A DNA stretch of 64,000 nt from the NCBI GenBank assembly GCA_016748015.1, contig JAAOMT010000664.1, positions 8,715-72,714 on the forward strand, written 5' to 3'. Both the position numbers and the translations under genes were made by a program. The notes beneath the pieces are model-generated. The model searched no databases. It worked only from the letters and a program-made list of their open reading frames with translations, and was not told the DNA's origin. Below are positions 14,579 to 31,985 of the stretch, in pieces. Source of the stretch: Geosiphon pyriformis uo1. Lineage: Eukaryota > Fungi > Glomeromycota. The number at the start of each line of letters is the position of its first letter. Position 1 is the stretch's first letter.

Positions 14579-15878
14579 GAGTTATTTTTACATTACCTTA
14601 GACCCCAACAACTGCCAATGGAAATCCACAAATTATTATACTCATCAAAAGCTTTAGTCCCAGTAGCAAACACAAAGAAAACCAAACAATGACCAATTAA
14701 CAGCAAAATTAATTTCAAAAAAACTGTGTATTTCTCATTTTTGCCAAGAATGAGCAGATTGAAATATTCGATTAACCCTAACGCACTAATCGGAATCTCA
14801 ATAAATGAGACAACAAAGCACCAAATATACATTCGTCCAGCGATCCTACGAGTCATGATTTTTTTATTGGATCCGGAAATGATTGTTTGCTGAATTATAG
14901 AAGCGTTACTTAAAGAGTATCGTGAATTGTTATTCAGTGAAATTGAAGTCGTTTGAGGTGAAGGGTATTCATAGTCGGTCATTCTTGAGCATGATGAAAT
15001 TGTAAATGAACAAGGGGTTGGTGGAGTTTTGGTGTTGGCAGTGAATGAAAAATGTTTTGGTTCTTTTAAATAACGTGCTTTGAATAATTTTATTGCCATT
15101 GGAATTATTGCCATGACTGAAACCAATGCGAAAAATATATTATTATTATCAGTTTGCAAATATGTTCAAATAATTATTATCAAATAAAAATTTTCTTACA
15201 TGATAAAATAAATGCCGGAAAAGTTGGAATATTTTCTGGTAAACCTTGAACAAGAAATATTACCCATTGATTTTTCACATATTTATCCGTTAATTCACAA
15301 ACCCCAATGTTTTGAATTACATCAAAAGGGTTTATCCTCTCCTCTTTGCTCAAAGTCATGGCCAGAATTGTTAAGATCATTGACAAATAAGGTAAACCCA
15401 GACATAAGAATCTAAGAAACCATTTCATTTTTCTTCCAACCTCTTGATTCATACGTAAAGTCATATACAATTCCAGTGATAGTGCAAAGGAGATGGTAGA
15501 AGTTGCGATTTGTTGTGATGATAAAATAAATCCAGATATTGTACATATATTTTTGGTGAAGAGGTCAAAAGAGTCATAATCGGTGTCTATGGGTATTAAT
15601 GAAGTCGCGATTATGATTGAGAAACCGAGTAGTTGACCTGATAAACCTAGGCATATTAATATGAAGGCATGACGTTTGGCTTGTATGTAAGTTGTGGCAC
15701 TACTCAATAAAAAGACCACTATTGCGAATATCAGTAGCCAGATTTTCATATCCCTACTAATGAAAAAAGATGAGTGATTAAATTTTTTTTTTGATAAAGA
15801 TATTTGGTATTTAGATTTTTGTTTAAGGTTAAAAGACTTAATTTTTTCAAAGAAGGTATACTTTTTAACAATAAGCAT
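13639..15878 (-). CDS. Multi-exon 7TM/GPCR-like membrane protein with a long low-complexity cytoplasmic tail
   Basis: Three same-strand ORFs can be joined by GT-AG introns (~15198-15118 and ~14597-14477). About seven hydrophobic helices, Cys at the start of TM3 (NICTISG) and in an extracellular loop (GVCEL), a long Ser-rich loop and a Q/H-rich tail. Start codon uncertain (15878 or 15749). Confidence 0.65.
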
Positions 15879-17157
15879 TTATTAATTGTTTCCCTTTTTA
15901 TTTATATTATTTTTTAGTATTTTATTTTTACATTAACAAAACAATTGAAACTAACCTGTTTTTTTGTTTTTTTTTTTTTACTTATTCCGTTTTGATTTTT
16001 CAACAATTAACTTTTCAAATCGATTCAAAGAAATATTGTTATTAACAAAAATTGAATATTGTATCGAAAAAAAAAATATATATATATTTTTGTTAAGATT
16101 TATTAAAACTCTTGATCATTTTTCATTTGGGAAAAAATAAAAGAAATTATAAGATAGATAACGTTAATGAGGTCATGTATATTTTAAAAAATATTTTTTA
16201 AAGATTGTAGAAACACACAAATACGAAATTCTTTTAAATGATCAAGATTTTAGTTAATTATTCCTAGCAATGTTTTAAAAAGCTAAAGGATGAGAAAAGA
16301 AAAGAAAAGAAAAGAAAAGAAAAGAAAGAAGAAAAAGAAAAGAAAGAAGAAAAAAAAAAAAGAAAGGGTTAAAAAAAGCAGAGTAGTTAAAAAGAAGTTG
16401 AAAATGCATGTACATTACATAAAGCTTGATAGGTGGATCAAATCAGGCTCTCCTATAAATGGTAAAAATATTAAATGATACATGATTCATATCTTGATTA
16501 AATCTCGGATTTTTGTACTATGTCGTGGAAAGTGAACGAACGAACGAACGAACGAACGATCGAATCTAAACTTAAATTTAGGAATCAATTTTTCTATATA
16601 ATACGTAATACATCTTATCTATTCATTTAATTTTTTTACACTAATTTTTTGTATTTTTTTGAACCAAATTTTCCAAAATAAACTTTAAACAGTATTAAAA
16701 AAATAAATAAAAAAAAAGGAGATTTTAGTTACTCCAAAAAAATGAACTGGGAAAATTCAAAATTGGCAATTGGTACTAAAAAAGATTGACAGTTACATAA
16801 TAGATAAGTTATTTATGGTATCACCTAATTTCAGTCTGCATTCTATAAAGACGTGTGAAACTTTTATTTATGACGATTATATTATTCAAGTTTTTAAAAG
16901 ATATGAATTTTGATTGGTCTTTTAAGAGGTCAATTTAAGTTTCACAATAATTTTTTTGAATCCCTTATCAATGGTGAATTGTTCCCAATTGGGTAAACCA
17001 TTGAATAAAAAAATAAATCGATATTTCAAATAAAAAAAAAGTTTTTTGAGCTTCAAATATCAATCAGTGTGTGTGTGTGTTATATGAAACAAAAAAAAAA
17101 CAAAAAAAACTTGATTCGCTTAAAAAAAAAGAAGAAAATGAATAATATCTTTGAACC

Positions 17158-17209
<52 letters not shown>

Positions 17210-17215
17210 TAGTAC

Positions 17216-17249
<34 letters not shown>

Positions 17250-18178
17250 TTATTTTTTATTTTTATTTTTTGGTTTCTCAAATCTTTTTTACTATTTTGT
17301 TTTGAATAAAAAAGCGTTCTAGTTTCTATGGTGCCCCACATTCATTTAAAGAATTCAAGAAAATAACGTAAATGATAAATAAAATCCTAAACCTAATATT
17401 AAAAAAATAATGTCTCACAAACATTATTTACCAAATAACATTTTCACATGAGTTTGTGAACAATAATATTTGTTCTGAACCCATTCAACCTTTTTGTGAT
17501 TATTGAAAATGATGATTATAATGATTATAATGATGATCAACTATCAACAAATAAAAGAGCAAAACACCTTGGGGGATGGAATAATGGTAAATTGTAAATA
17601 GAAAACGTGACATGGTACAATATTTTTAAAAAATCTACAAGTTTTCAATGTGAAAAAAGTCTTTGAAATATTAAGTGTAAATTAATTTGCAAAAATTTAT
17701 AAAGGTCAAGTTATTTATCATTTGTTTGTTTATTGTAAAAGTTTTCTTGAGCTTTTAGTTGGTGTGTACAACGAATTGTTATCATTAAATTTTCCCTCTT
17801 TCTTTTTTTTACAAAGGACCCATTAAATGGCACAACGGAATAGAATTACCTGGGATTTTTTATATATTCACACCCAATCATATGATGAAAGTTTGATTAT
17901 AAACAAAGGTTTTCCAAATTGAGAAAATAACTAGTTATAAATTGTTTCACTGCTTGATTTATCGAATTGACGAGATAGGGGGGTATATTGAATATTAAAT
18001 TTTGTGAAAATTTTATAATTCTCTTTTTCATATGACTTTTTCAACCCTTTATTTTTTAATTAATTTAATACAGTAAGAGTGTACAGAACTAAGTTAAAAT
18101 CTATTCTTCGTTCATTTAAAAGCCCATTATGGAATCTATTGTTGCGTTTTACATCCAATTTACCTATTATTATGTAAA

Positions 18179-18258
<80 letters not shown>

Positions 18259-18413
18259 AAATTGCAAAATGCTAATCTTCAAAAAATTAAGCCTATGACA
18301 TTATTTATTTATCCTATTTGAAATTTTATAATTAATTAATCTTAAGTCAGCTCTTTATTTCATGCATTTTCAATTTATGATAATGGTGGCTTACTTAAAT
18401 ATATAGCATCCAT

Positions 18414-18940
18414 TTAAACCCAGTAAATTCTATCTCCACAGCGTCGCATGACAATCTCAACTAATTCTTTTTTCTCGATAGCATTTTTCAAAACAATTCC
18501 ACGCTCTTTCAGAGCATTCAATAATTTTACGATTGGCCATTGTCTCAACTCCATCATTCCCAGTTTCAGGGGTTCAATCTTGCGAGTAGCATTAGGCATG
18601 ATTAACATATCGTTGAATGAAGGTTCCATTTTCAAATCCCTAATTTCATCAATGCCATCCAATCCAAGCTCTTTTAATAATCCAACAAGAACTTCATCTG
18701 TTCGCGCAAAAATTCGTAATGTTGCAATTGAATCCAATGGAGTTTTTTGTAGATTAACGATTACCAATGGTTTTTTCTTTTTTACCGCAATCTGAGGAAG
18801 ATCATTAGCTGGACTGACAGTCAATGAAGAGCCGAGAACAATGTGAAGATCACAGAGTTGAGAATTATTATAGGCCTTTTCAAGAGCTTCTTTGGGAAGT
18901 GGCTCTGAGAAATTAACAATAGTGTCTTGAAGGTACGCTA

Positions 18941-18974
<34 letters not shown>

Positions 18975-19861
18975 AATTTTATTTAAATTCGAACAATTTC
19001 AAGTTTTAATAAATTATAATTTTTCAATACTCACTTCCACAGTAGTCACATCTACGAGAAGTTTTGTGACCCTTCACCTCATCCGTTTCCCGAACCGAAA
19101 ACTTTCTCCAATAAGACCTTTCACAATTCGGACATCTCTCAACATTTGAATTACCGTGCAATTCAGAGATAGCGGTGAATGGAATTCCACTTCGCACATG
19201 AAGTCCATCAGTGTTCTGTCAAGAATAGAAAGTGAAGCCTCAGGGATTGAAATGATATGCAGTTTAAAAAGTTTCATTAAATTTAGGTTTACCTGAGAGA
19301 TCAAATATTTTATATAACCTGCTTCATACATCTTCACAATAGCCATATGACCATTGGTAGGTTGAATTTTGGTAGTAGCAGTTCGAGGCATTTTGATACC
19401 TTTCTCCCGCAAGGTCCAAACACCTAAATGATGATGATGATGATTATTATTATTATGAAAGGTGAGGTTATTCCATAAGTGACCAAGAAAATCCTGTTTT
19501 ACTTACCTTGTGGTCCTGAAATATTTCCATTTTCATTTATATGAAAAAATGAAGATGTGTTAAGCTTATTCACTAATATTGTGATTATCCAAAAAAATTG
19601 AAAAGGACTACCTCGAAAATCAGGAATTCCTTAAAAGTTAAAAATGATCCCCATAAGTTAATATATTTATTTATAATTTTTAATAAAGACGACCATCCAT
19701 GGTGTATTACCAGCGCTTGTAGAAATTCCAGCACCAGTAAACATCACCATATGTTTCGAAGTGCGGACCAAGTTAGCCAATTTCTTGATCTTTTGCTCCA
19801 CTTTCTCGGGTGGATCAAAGTACTCTTGGACGTTTTCGGGGACTCCTAATGGAGAAGACAT
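18414..19861 (-). CDS. NAD-dependent deacetylase, class IV sirtuin (SIRT6/7-like), multi-exon
   Basis: Spliced translation gives [45 protein letters not shown]...CDYC Zn site, GSSL and VNLQKTPLD. Confidence 0.92.
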
Positions 19862-21971
19862 AATAGATCTAAAAGGTAAAGTAAATTGGGAATATAAGGT
19901 AAGAGAAAAATATAGAAAAAGTGAAATTCTAGAGAGATTGATAAATAATTTCTGAAGAATATGTTTATTTGACTTTTGGAGATTTAAAGCGATGTAAAAC
20001 GTCATGATGATTGATATTATAAGCTCAACATTTGAAATTTGGGTATTTGTTGAGATATGAGTTTGACATATTTGGTACCAGATAAATAGCGAATGAAGAT
20101 AGATTTTATTTCTGTGGGAAACTTTCAAGTTTCTCCAATTGCTTTATTCATTAAAAAATAATGAGGTAAAAAAATTTAGAAACCATCAAATCAATATTTT
20201 ATTCTATTTTAATGCATATTTATATATATATATTTGCTTATCCTTTAGCAAAAATTTTATCAATTGGCTTAAAAATGAAACAAAAAAAAATCAAAGGTTC
20301 ATGTTTATTAGGCTCAAATTTAAGTTAAAATATGAAAAAAAGATTTCAAATTTACGGTAAAAAATCCAAAAAATCGATAAATTTTTGACAAATTTAAATT
20401 AGTTTTTCAAGCTTATTTTTTATCTGTTATGTAACAACAACAACAAAAAAATTAAAGAAAATAAATAATTAAATAATTAAATAAATAAATAAAAATATAT
20501 TAATTATTTAAAAATGTTATAATAACTGATTTTTTGAATTTTAATTTAAAGAAAATTATTAAATTATGATTAATCTAAAAAAAAATAAAAATTATTTGAA
20601 TATTATCAAAATAAAAATTTTTATTCAATTATTGTTTTTGTATATTAAATGTTATACCATTAAAATATAATTTTAATAAAAAATTTTTTTTTTAAATCTT
20701 TAAGAAATACATTTTGATATAACAAATTTTAATAATTATAAGACTTTAAGTTATAATTAAAAATGTTTTTTTTTTTAAATTATAATATAAAAATTTTTAT
20801 TTAGTTTATTCAATAATAAATTGTTTAATTCTCAAGTAATTGAAAAAAATATATATATATATAAAATTATGAGAAAAACAATTTTAAAATTTTTTTTTCA
20901 AAAAAAAAAAAATTCAATTTTATTTTGTTATATATAATTTTTAAACAGAATAATTAAATTTTTATATTAAATTTGTTTTTAATTTTAAAATTTATTTGAA
21001 ATCTTTGATTAATTTTTTTAAAAATAAATTTATTATATCTTTATTAAAAAAAAATTTTTAACCTGATTTTGAAATATATTTTTTTTGTTTCTTTATTGAA
21101 AATATTATCCAAAATAATTTTTTCAAAAAAAAAAACCAAATATATATATATTAGATTAGTAAATATTTGTATTAATATAAATAAATTAAAAAAATTATAT
21201 TAGTTCTTATGAAATTGAATAAAGTTTTAATTAAAATAATAAAAATTATTAAATTATTTTTTTAAACTATAATCAAATTTTTAATAATTCAGTTGAATTA
21301 ATAAAAATTCTTTGTTTAAATATAAAGATTTAATAAAAACTTTAGTACTTTGAAAAATAAAAAATAGAAAAAATATTTAAATAAAGTTTATTTTTCATGG
21401 AAAGTATTCGAATTGAATTATTATCTTACTTTTCGGTTGAATGATTCAAGAAATATTTATTTTACTAATAGTTTAGCCAAACTTTTTTAAGTTTTTGAAT
21501 GTAATACATTTACTTCATTCTTTGGAAAACAAAAAAACAATTCCAAGTTACTTGAATCAAAAAACAATTAGAGCACTTTTGAAGCTAATATGTTTTTCAA
21601 TACTTACTTGGATCGGTTTAGATCATTAATTTTTAAATATAACTTATCCTTTGTATTTTAAGATAAAAAATATCATCTTTAGAAATATATGCAGCCATGT
21701 GATTCTTTATTATTTTCTTTAAAGATAATTGTTCGGTTGCATCATCAATGGCAGGTGTGATTATATCATTAGATATTCGCTGAGCATAAAGAAAAATTTG
21801 ACATTCGCTGACCATGTGTAATCATGATAAAGAAAGGGGTTGAGCATGTGAAAAGAGTCAGTTTTCTGAGACAGTTGATCATTGAAAATATCAACTTTAA
21901 ATACATCGTAAAAATACCCTTCAAAAAATAAAATTTGGGCTCAATTTTTTTTAAAATCTTCACCCTCAATC

Positions 21972-22071
21972 ATGACAATCTCTCGGTTAACATCAATAAT
22001 CATATTACTATTAATTCCATTCTTGATAATCACTTTCCTTGTCAGTTACCTATGCCTCATCATACCCCAAC

Positions 22072-22103
<32 letters not shown>

Positions 22104-22571
22104 CCCAACCACTATCTTCCATCAAACATAAAACATCCCTCAGATTTCTCTGATCGACTTTTAAGCCCATACAATGCCACCATAGAATTTAACCAGGTTT
22201 ACGGTCTGAAGGCATTCTATTATATCTTTCTTGATGGAGATCGAAGTCAAACTCAAGTTGTAGGTTATTTCCCACAAAACCAAAAGAATGAGGTTAGAGC
22301 ACCTCATTCATTCCTTCGAATTATGGCAGACTCGTGTTCGGTTGCTCTGGGTTTGACTCCACTTGATTTTCATAATGTTACCGAAAATTTTTGGCCTCTT
22401 GATGCAAGAAAAATATGGAATGGAAATGCTTTTGTCACTACAGCAAATCAATTGTTCCCTATAAAGGGCAACGTCGTGATATCGTTTCGGGCTTACAGTA
22501 GGAAATATGGCGGTAATAAAGGAAAATGGACGGTTGATGGGTGTGCTAAGCCTCTTGTGCCTACTAATTAA
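21972..22571 (+). CDS. Hypothetical protein with N-terminal signal anchor (199 aa, single exon)
   Basis: Clean ORF with a hydrophobic N-terminus, a poly-N run and a globular C-terminal part with two Cys. No family recognised. Confidence 0.65.
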
Positions 22572-23001
22572 TTGTGGGCGAATTTTCCCATCTTCAAAGT
22601 TTTAGTATTCGAGCTTTTCAAGATTATCCTAATTATATTTATTTCCTAAATATTGATTGTAATAAATTTTCATAATAATAATAATAGTAATAATAATAAT
22701 AAAATAGTACGGGATTTACATGAGGAATACTGTAATACACTAAACTGTTCCTGGTAAAGCGCCTTTTTGTCTGCACTCCCTGCTAGGTCTCGCTTTCTCG
22801 CTGTAAAATTTCTCCTTTTGGACAAAAATTAACACTCTATCATAGCAAAAACTAATTCTTAATTCGTTATCTAATTGAAAAAATAAATTATAATTATTAA
22901 TTCAATATAAAGATGAAATTAATTTGTATAAGTTCACTATGAAACAGTATTATTAGTAAAAATTCATGCGTTGGCAAAAATATTTTTACTTGTTTCATAT
23001 A

Positions 23002-23117
23002 ATTTCTTAAAAGTTAAAGCTTAAATAAATACATTCTTTTATTTATCTTTGGTACCATGTATTTCTTAAAAGTTAAAGCTTAAATAAATACATTCTTTTA
23101 TTTATCTTTGGTACCAT
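23002..23117. repeat. Perfect 57-bp direct tandem duplication
   Basis: atttcttaaaagttaaagc...ggtaccat at 23002-23058 and 23061-23117. Confidence 0.9.
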
Positions 23118-23737
23118 CCCATCACCCTTTATCTCCTTGAATTCAAAGGATTTGCCAAACTTCACCATTCTATCTCGCAACTGTTATGTTTTTAGAAAGG
23201 AATAATAAAAACGCCAAATTCATAGCACTCATAAACTACTGAGTTTGTGGACCGAGATGTCAATGTACTAACTACATCTGAAGCCTTAACGCCTCTTTCA
23301 TTGAAAATTAATCCTTTTAAAATTTGTGAATTTTTTATTTGGAAACTTGCGTATCGAGAATTATAAAAACCTTTTGCAAGTTTACTTCAAGTACCGCAAG
23401 AAACGGTTAAACTGAAATAATAGTTTACAACGAAATTGCCAAGAATTTCTTTTCGGGTCTAATTAATGAGGCTCTTGTTCATATAATTTACCATCATCAA
23501 TCTTGAAACCTGAGAGGCCATTTTAATATCAATATTTTGAATTGGTGAGGTCAAGGCCCAAACTAGCCGGTCCCAAACTAAAAACAAGTTGAATTTTTTT
23601 ATTATAGTATTAGACTTCCAGAAAAGGCACTCTTCAATAATTTGGATCATCTTTCACATATCAAATCGTATTATTATCGAAAATTGTTCCAAGATTAAAC
23701 ACAATGATGTGATTAATAACTTACGGTATACATCCCT

Positions 23738-26700
23738 TTAGGTTTTTTCGAGTAAGGTAATTCGACTGTTAACTTCTTGAGAGAAATTCTCTAGACTAAT
23801 CGTCCAACTCTTGGATATCCTATGTAAGATCTGACGTATAAAAGGTGCATTCTCCTTTGTGGACAAGGTACATCAATTAAATATAATTCTCTTAGTTAGC
23901 TACAACATCATAATTGTTTACCTCTTGCGAGCAAAAATCTAAACTTGATCCTGAAGTAATCGTAGGAAGTAATCCAGCTAGGAGCTCGGCTGGTTTAGCC
24001 TTGTCTTTCAAAATATTTAAATGGCTCTTTATACTTATAAGTTTTTCTTTGAGAAATATAACCAGACTTTTAACCGCTTGATGCTTTAAATCATGATATG
24101 GGAGTGTTAAGGCTGATTAAGGCAACGTTCTAGATGTGAGAAGAGAACATACCAATTCTCGGCATCCGGATTTTTTACTTTTGGTTCCTATTAATTTGTA
24201 TATTACCCCGATAACAATCACAATATAACTACTGCCCTAAATTTTATTTGTGAGAATATAGCATTAATGTAAAGGATAATATAGCAATTGAACACTTTAA
24301 ACAAACCTAATACCTCGAGGAACAATGATAATCGATTAAAATGTTGCCATGAAAATTCGACTATGATGACTTCTGAAATAACTTGAGTGTAAAAAGCTAA
24401 TTGGAGAAATAAAGAAACACAAGTCAATCTGAATTCATTAATAAAAATCCGAAATGGGTTTTAGGAGGATATTGATTAATTTAGCCCATAAGTCTACCTT
24501 CTAAAGTTAACAACAATTCGCTGATGACCGTCGAAACAGAGAGACTAGTTCCTATAATATAAAGGCATAAATTATTAAATTTAAATGTATTCCAAGAAAA
24601 GACATGAGTGCTTATTACCTTCTTTTTCGGCCAGCGATTCTTTAATGGCGACGTATATAAAACCCAACTTGGAGACAAATTGGCCCAATTTTTTTTCTTC
24701 TTCAGTTAGCTGTTGACATGAAATTTAGCCTTGTTTAAAAATTAAAAATAGCAATCATAAGGATTTTGGGATACAAACACTTAGTGTCTCTGGTTGGGTA
24801 ATTATTTGATCTAAAATATTCGCAAGATCCTTGACTTCATCTGGCGTTTGATTATCGTATATCTTCTTGAGAATTAGCGGAACAAGGGTGAAAACTTTGA
24901 GCCAATATGTCTAAAAAATAGGATTTTGGGAAAAATTAACCAAGCACTTTGCTTTTTACAGGAAAGATGAAAGAATGAAAAAATGTAGTTTACGTCAAGT
25001 TTGGGCGATGATCGAATCAGTTCTTCGATTGAAGCCTTATCCACAGGATTGTAGTTGGCCATAACTTTGAAGTCCCTATTATCTTGACGCGTTTCACAAA
25101 ACTTTTCTACCGAATTATCCAATTAATAATTTAATACATTAAAACCTCAGTGAATAAATTACCGAGTTTCCGTTTGATATAAAATCTTACGATCAAACAG
25201 AAGATTAGAAATATCAATTTCATCAAAATATTCGGCGATCCGTTTCGTTGATAGACAAGCAGCGATTATTTCCAGCCGTATAGATTCTCGGTTTGACAAG
25301 AGTCTTTGTAAAGAATTCCTGAGTGCTTTTTTAAACTCGATAAATTCATTCACCTTTAATAATCAAACATTATCCGTTTAAGCTCAAGACAAAAACAAAT
25401 AAATGGATCAAGGATATACAATAGAAATAAATACTTTTGTATATGTCCCGTATTTGTAGGCGTGCACAATCATTTCTGGCGTCTGAGTAACATAAGGTGT
25501 GAGCTAATGATCACAACTAGTTATTATCAAATGTTTCTCGATAATACCTCTAGATCATTACTGCGATAGATCGGTAATGTGTCATAGCATAATTGAACTG
25601 CTTCTTTATAAAATCCAAGAGAAGATGAACGAGTAACGATGAAATGACTAGAGAAGCATTGGAACTCTTGTAAATATAAAAATATATAAAATGGGGGGGG
25701 GGGAGGGGTTTAAAAAATGATAAAAACCTTAATGTATCCAATTGAATATGTTTGATATCCATTGATTTGTATATTTCAAGTGCCCTAAGATGAACCCCTA
25801 ATCAGAGATTAGGAAAATTTATCCTAACTAAATCAAAAGGAAGTCAGATAAATCAATGGTTGGACACATAAATTTGCTTACCAATGATTTGGTATAATCT
25901 TATTAAAAGTAGCTGTAATTGAAAATTATGCTTGCTTCTCTGAAATGCAGACTCTAATAGCAAGATTGCTTTAATGATAAAGAAATATTTTCCTATAGAA
26001 TAAGAAGTTATCTATTTGAATATTAAAATATTCATTCCTAAAAGAAATATTATCGGAGCCACTCAAATATACCTTTTTGTATATAAGCATCGATAAGTGT
26101 ATGTGAGGCCAGGATGACAAAGTCATCTCCAAATTGATTTTCTGTTTCAACCAAGCTAACCCCTGTGAAAAATAAAATCAGATTGAATATACAAGGAAGT
26201 TATACAAAGCCGAAAGGCTATCCTCATACCATACTGAAGCGAATCTTGATATGAATGCCAAAGTTTATTTGTATACTGAATAAATTCCGTATCTGTAGAA
26301 GCTGTTATATGCCCAAGATACCTTTTCAACTTGTGGATGTTAACCCATTTTTGAATATTCTGAATTTTTGACTAAAAAAATGGAGGAAATTTAGTATCAA
26401 GATTTTTGATTGAAAAACCCTTTATTTACCTTTTCATCATCAGATGATTCTTCAATGGTGGCTTGAAATTTATCAACAAGGTCTTTTGAAACATCGCCAG
26501 ATATATTGCATAAATATGGTAAAAGATCTTCAAAGCAACAAGCTTTGGAGCCAAACCTCTGAAAATAGCCAATTATTAGAGAATTTGATGCTTCCAAGGA
26601 AGCTATCGGCAATAAAAGAATAACATAAAAAGCTATCAATAATATCTAAATTTATAATCAAAAAAAGCTGCTATGCGCTTACTATCTTTTCTTTGAGCCG

Positions 26701-28329
26701 CCAAATTACGGTTATATTCCAATTCAGCTAGAAACGGGCCACGTCTAGGATTTGATGATCGCAATTCTTTTTCTTTTAAGGAATTTAAGAAATCACTGAC
26801 GTCGTTCAGACTAGGAAAACAAAATTGATGTAAATACAGATTTCTGTAGAAATGTGCAATGAAAAGTTAAATAAGTTATAAAGAGATATTTACCTCATCT
26901 TATTCAAACTTTCCGTTAGGTCATCAGAGTTAGAGAGATGGAAAACGGCTTCAAAATATGCCAAATAGCTCTTCCAATCGTCAGCACTAGAAAAGAGGTA
27001 AACTACAATTACTTGAAACTCCATCAAATCAATGGTGACATCGGCTTCAAGCATTCTACCAACTTTGTCTCAGTCAATTCCTTCTTGCTTGTTTCGCGAA
27101 GGAGGGTCCAATTTTCTGATTTAAGGAGCAGATCTTGCCTGATTCGAGTAATTTCAGTATCATCTTTGCATCGTTGACCAAGCTGCCCATCAATTACCCC
27201 CAAAGCTTCTTTGACTTTATTCTGTGATAGCAAAATACTCAAATATAGATGAACCTCTAGGCCCAAATTTGTTGAGTTAATTAGGATGTTTAAATGGAAT
27301 CTACTGGAAACAATAAATAAATTTATTGTGATAATGACCTTCAGTTTCTTCTAGTCGATTATCTTCAACTGCCTTGATCATCATCCTTTCTGCTAAAGTT
27401 AAAAAAATGTTTGATTGTGGGGGTGAGGCTTCTTGAGCCTATATAAAGAATAGCCTCAATTGAAGCGTTTAAACTGATTTCATGAATATGATATTAAGTA
27501 AACATATTATTCTTACCTGTAAGATTAAACTCATAATAGCCCAAAATAAATATCTGTTTGTCTTAAAAGTTTTGTGAAGTTTCAAGGCGGCCTACGTGAG
27601 GAAATAAATAAAATATGAGAATCCTTGTAATCCACGGCGAAATTATTCGCAATCGAGTTTAGCAACATTATTTTCAAGGCATGGTTGACCTGTTGTTGAC
27701 CCTTGTAATCATCATTGCGGACCATGGCCATGAACATATGACTAGCAAGCACTTCGTTTTTTGGTTGTGAACGCGCAGCGCTTTCATATAACTGAACAAT
27801 CTCTTCGTCTGAAAATTTAGTTAGGAAAAATATGGGGTATTAAAAAATTGAGATCAAATGGATATAATCCCCTTTACTAATTATAAAAATATTTTGGCTT
27901 ACTGACGTTTTCCCAAAGATCGATATACCGTGGTGAGTGCCTGTAATATTGCTTCATCCGCAGGCTTACAGGCTTTCACCTCATTACATAAAACCAAAGC
28001 TTCTTGACTCTTTCCACTTCGCTCGAGGACCAAAGCTTTGAGCGACTAAACAAATCCGAACTAATGTCATATGTCAAAACTCTTGCCTAAATAAGCTCAC
28101 GTGAAAGAAATACCTTCAAAATGAGCGCGTGCGGTTGCTTTTTTTGTAATTTAGTGATCTGAGAGAGAGCACCTTTGTAGTTTTGGGAATCAATCGATTC
28201 TGTGAAAGGTTGCCCATGAAATTGCAAGTTTAAAATTCTTGTTGTTCGGAAACTTGATTCGAGGTAGAGGTTAATTGAAAAAGAAAATGAATTGATTCTA
28301 CGGAAGAATTGAAGATCGATTATAGCCAT
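23738..28329 (-). CDS. MDM20: N-terminal acetyltransferase B auxiliary subunit (NAA25/Mdm20), many exons
   Basis: Exon translations include ESIDSQNYKGALSQITKLQKKQP, LKALVLERSGK, EVHLYLSILLSQ, YFQRFGSKACCFEDL, MDIKHIQLDTL, EFIEFKKALRNSLQR and DNRDFKVM, typical of NAA25 TPR proteins. Exact exon borders not all resolved. Confidence 0.88.
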
Positions 28330-29494
28330 TTCTTGATTGCTGTGGCCTGATATTCACGTAGCTCAAGTAAAGAAAAAATTTCTTTAGGTAACAACTATAA
28401 AAAAGTCAATGAAGCATGTTTCGAGTCGATATTTCGAAGGCGCGTATATTCCGTAAATGATGCGTTATATTTGCAAAGATTTGGTTCGAATCAATCACAT
28501 TAAGGGAAAATTCACAATGATAATTATATCACAAATACCAAGAGTGTGTTTTCGAAAAAGTTTTTCAATGATAGTGAACAATCTTTCCACCCACAAGAAA
28601 CTGAATAAAATTTACCATATATGGGGCGAATTCTTCTTTCAAGCACATCGGTTATAGAAGACATAATTTAGAAAGACTCAAAGAACCGTCCTTTTTTTCA
28701 AATTAACAAGTAGGTAAAATTTCAAGTTATTTTTTTCATCTAAAAGATCCTACCATTAATCTGTTTGCTTCAGTTTAATGCACGTGATAATTAGTGCTGT
28801 TAAATTCCGCATTGTTTCGTTTTTCAATGAATTTCCCCTTCTTAATCTTTATTTATGCAAAAAAAAAGAAAAGAAAACAAACAAATATATCAATAGAAAT
28901 TAAATCCGACAAAATGCAAAATCCAATAAATTATGAATTTTAATGCATCAAAAAATTTCCTTTGTAATCTCTAGCAATTCCCATGATTTTTTTTATTCTT
29001 AAAACATATCGAGTTTCTTCAACTAGTAAAATGTAATCAATTTCAAAATATTTATAAACAGATAAGAAGCAATAAAAAAGAGTTTTTACTCAATTTAAAA
29101 TCTTCAAATTTGAGTAATAAAAATAATTATATTTATAATATTAAGAAAAATTATAAGTGTTTTATTTGTAATAAAACACTTATATTAATAAATATATTAA
29201 AATTTACTAAAATATATTTGGTCTTTTTTATCAAATTTTATTATTAAAATAAATGAATGTTTAAATATAATTGAAAATAAATTTGTAATTTGAATAAACA
29301 AATATTCTTAAAAAATAAAAAAATTGTGTTATAGCCAAGCTCTGGTAGCCGGCGACTATGACGATCATTAATATGTCATGATTCAAAAAAATTTGACCTG
29401 CAAGGGAGGAATTCAATTCTTTCTCTTCTCGAAAATCAAAGAAACTTCCTCAAACTATCTTGGTAAAAGTTCTTCAAAGGTAAAAGGACAAACA

Positions 29495-31867
<2,373 letters not shown>

Positions 31868-31985
31868 GAAATTATTGACATACTTAATAAAAAATTGGGA
31901 CATGCTAAGGCTATTCCAATAAAATTATCAATCTAAATGTTTGAATTTTTGCAAGAACTAAAGTGATGTATTAGTTCTTGGGTCT

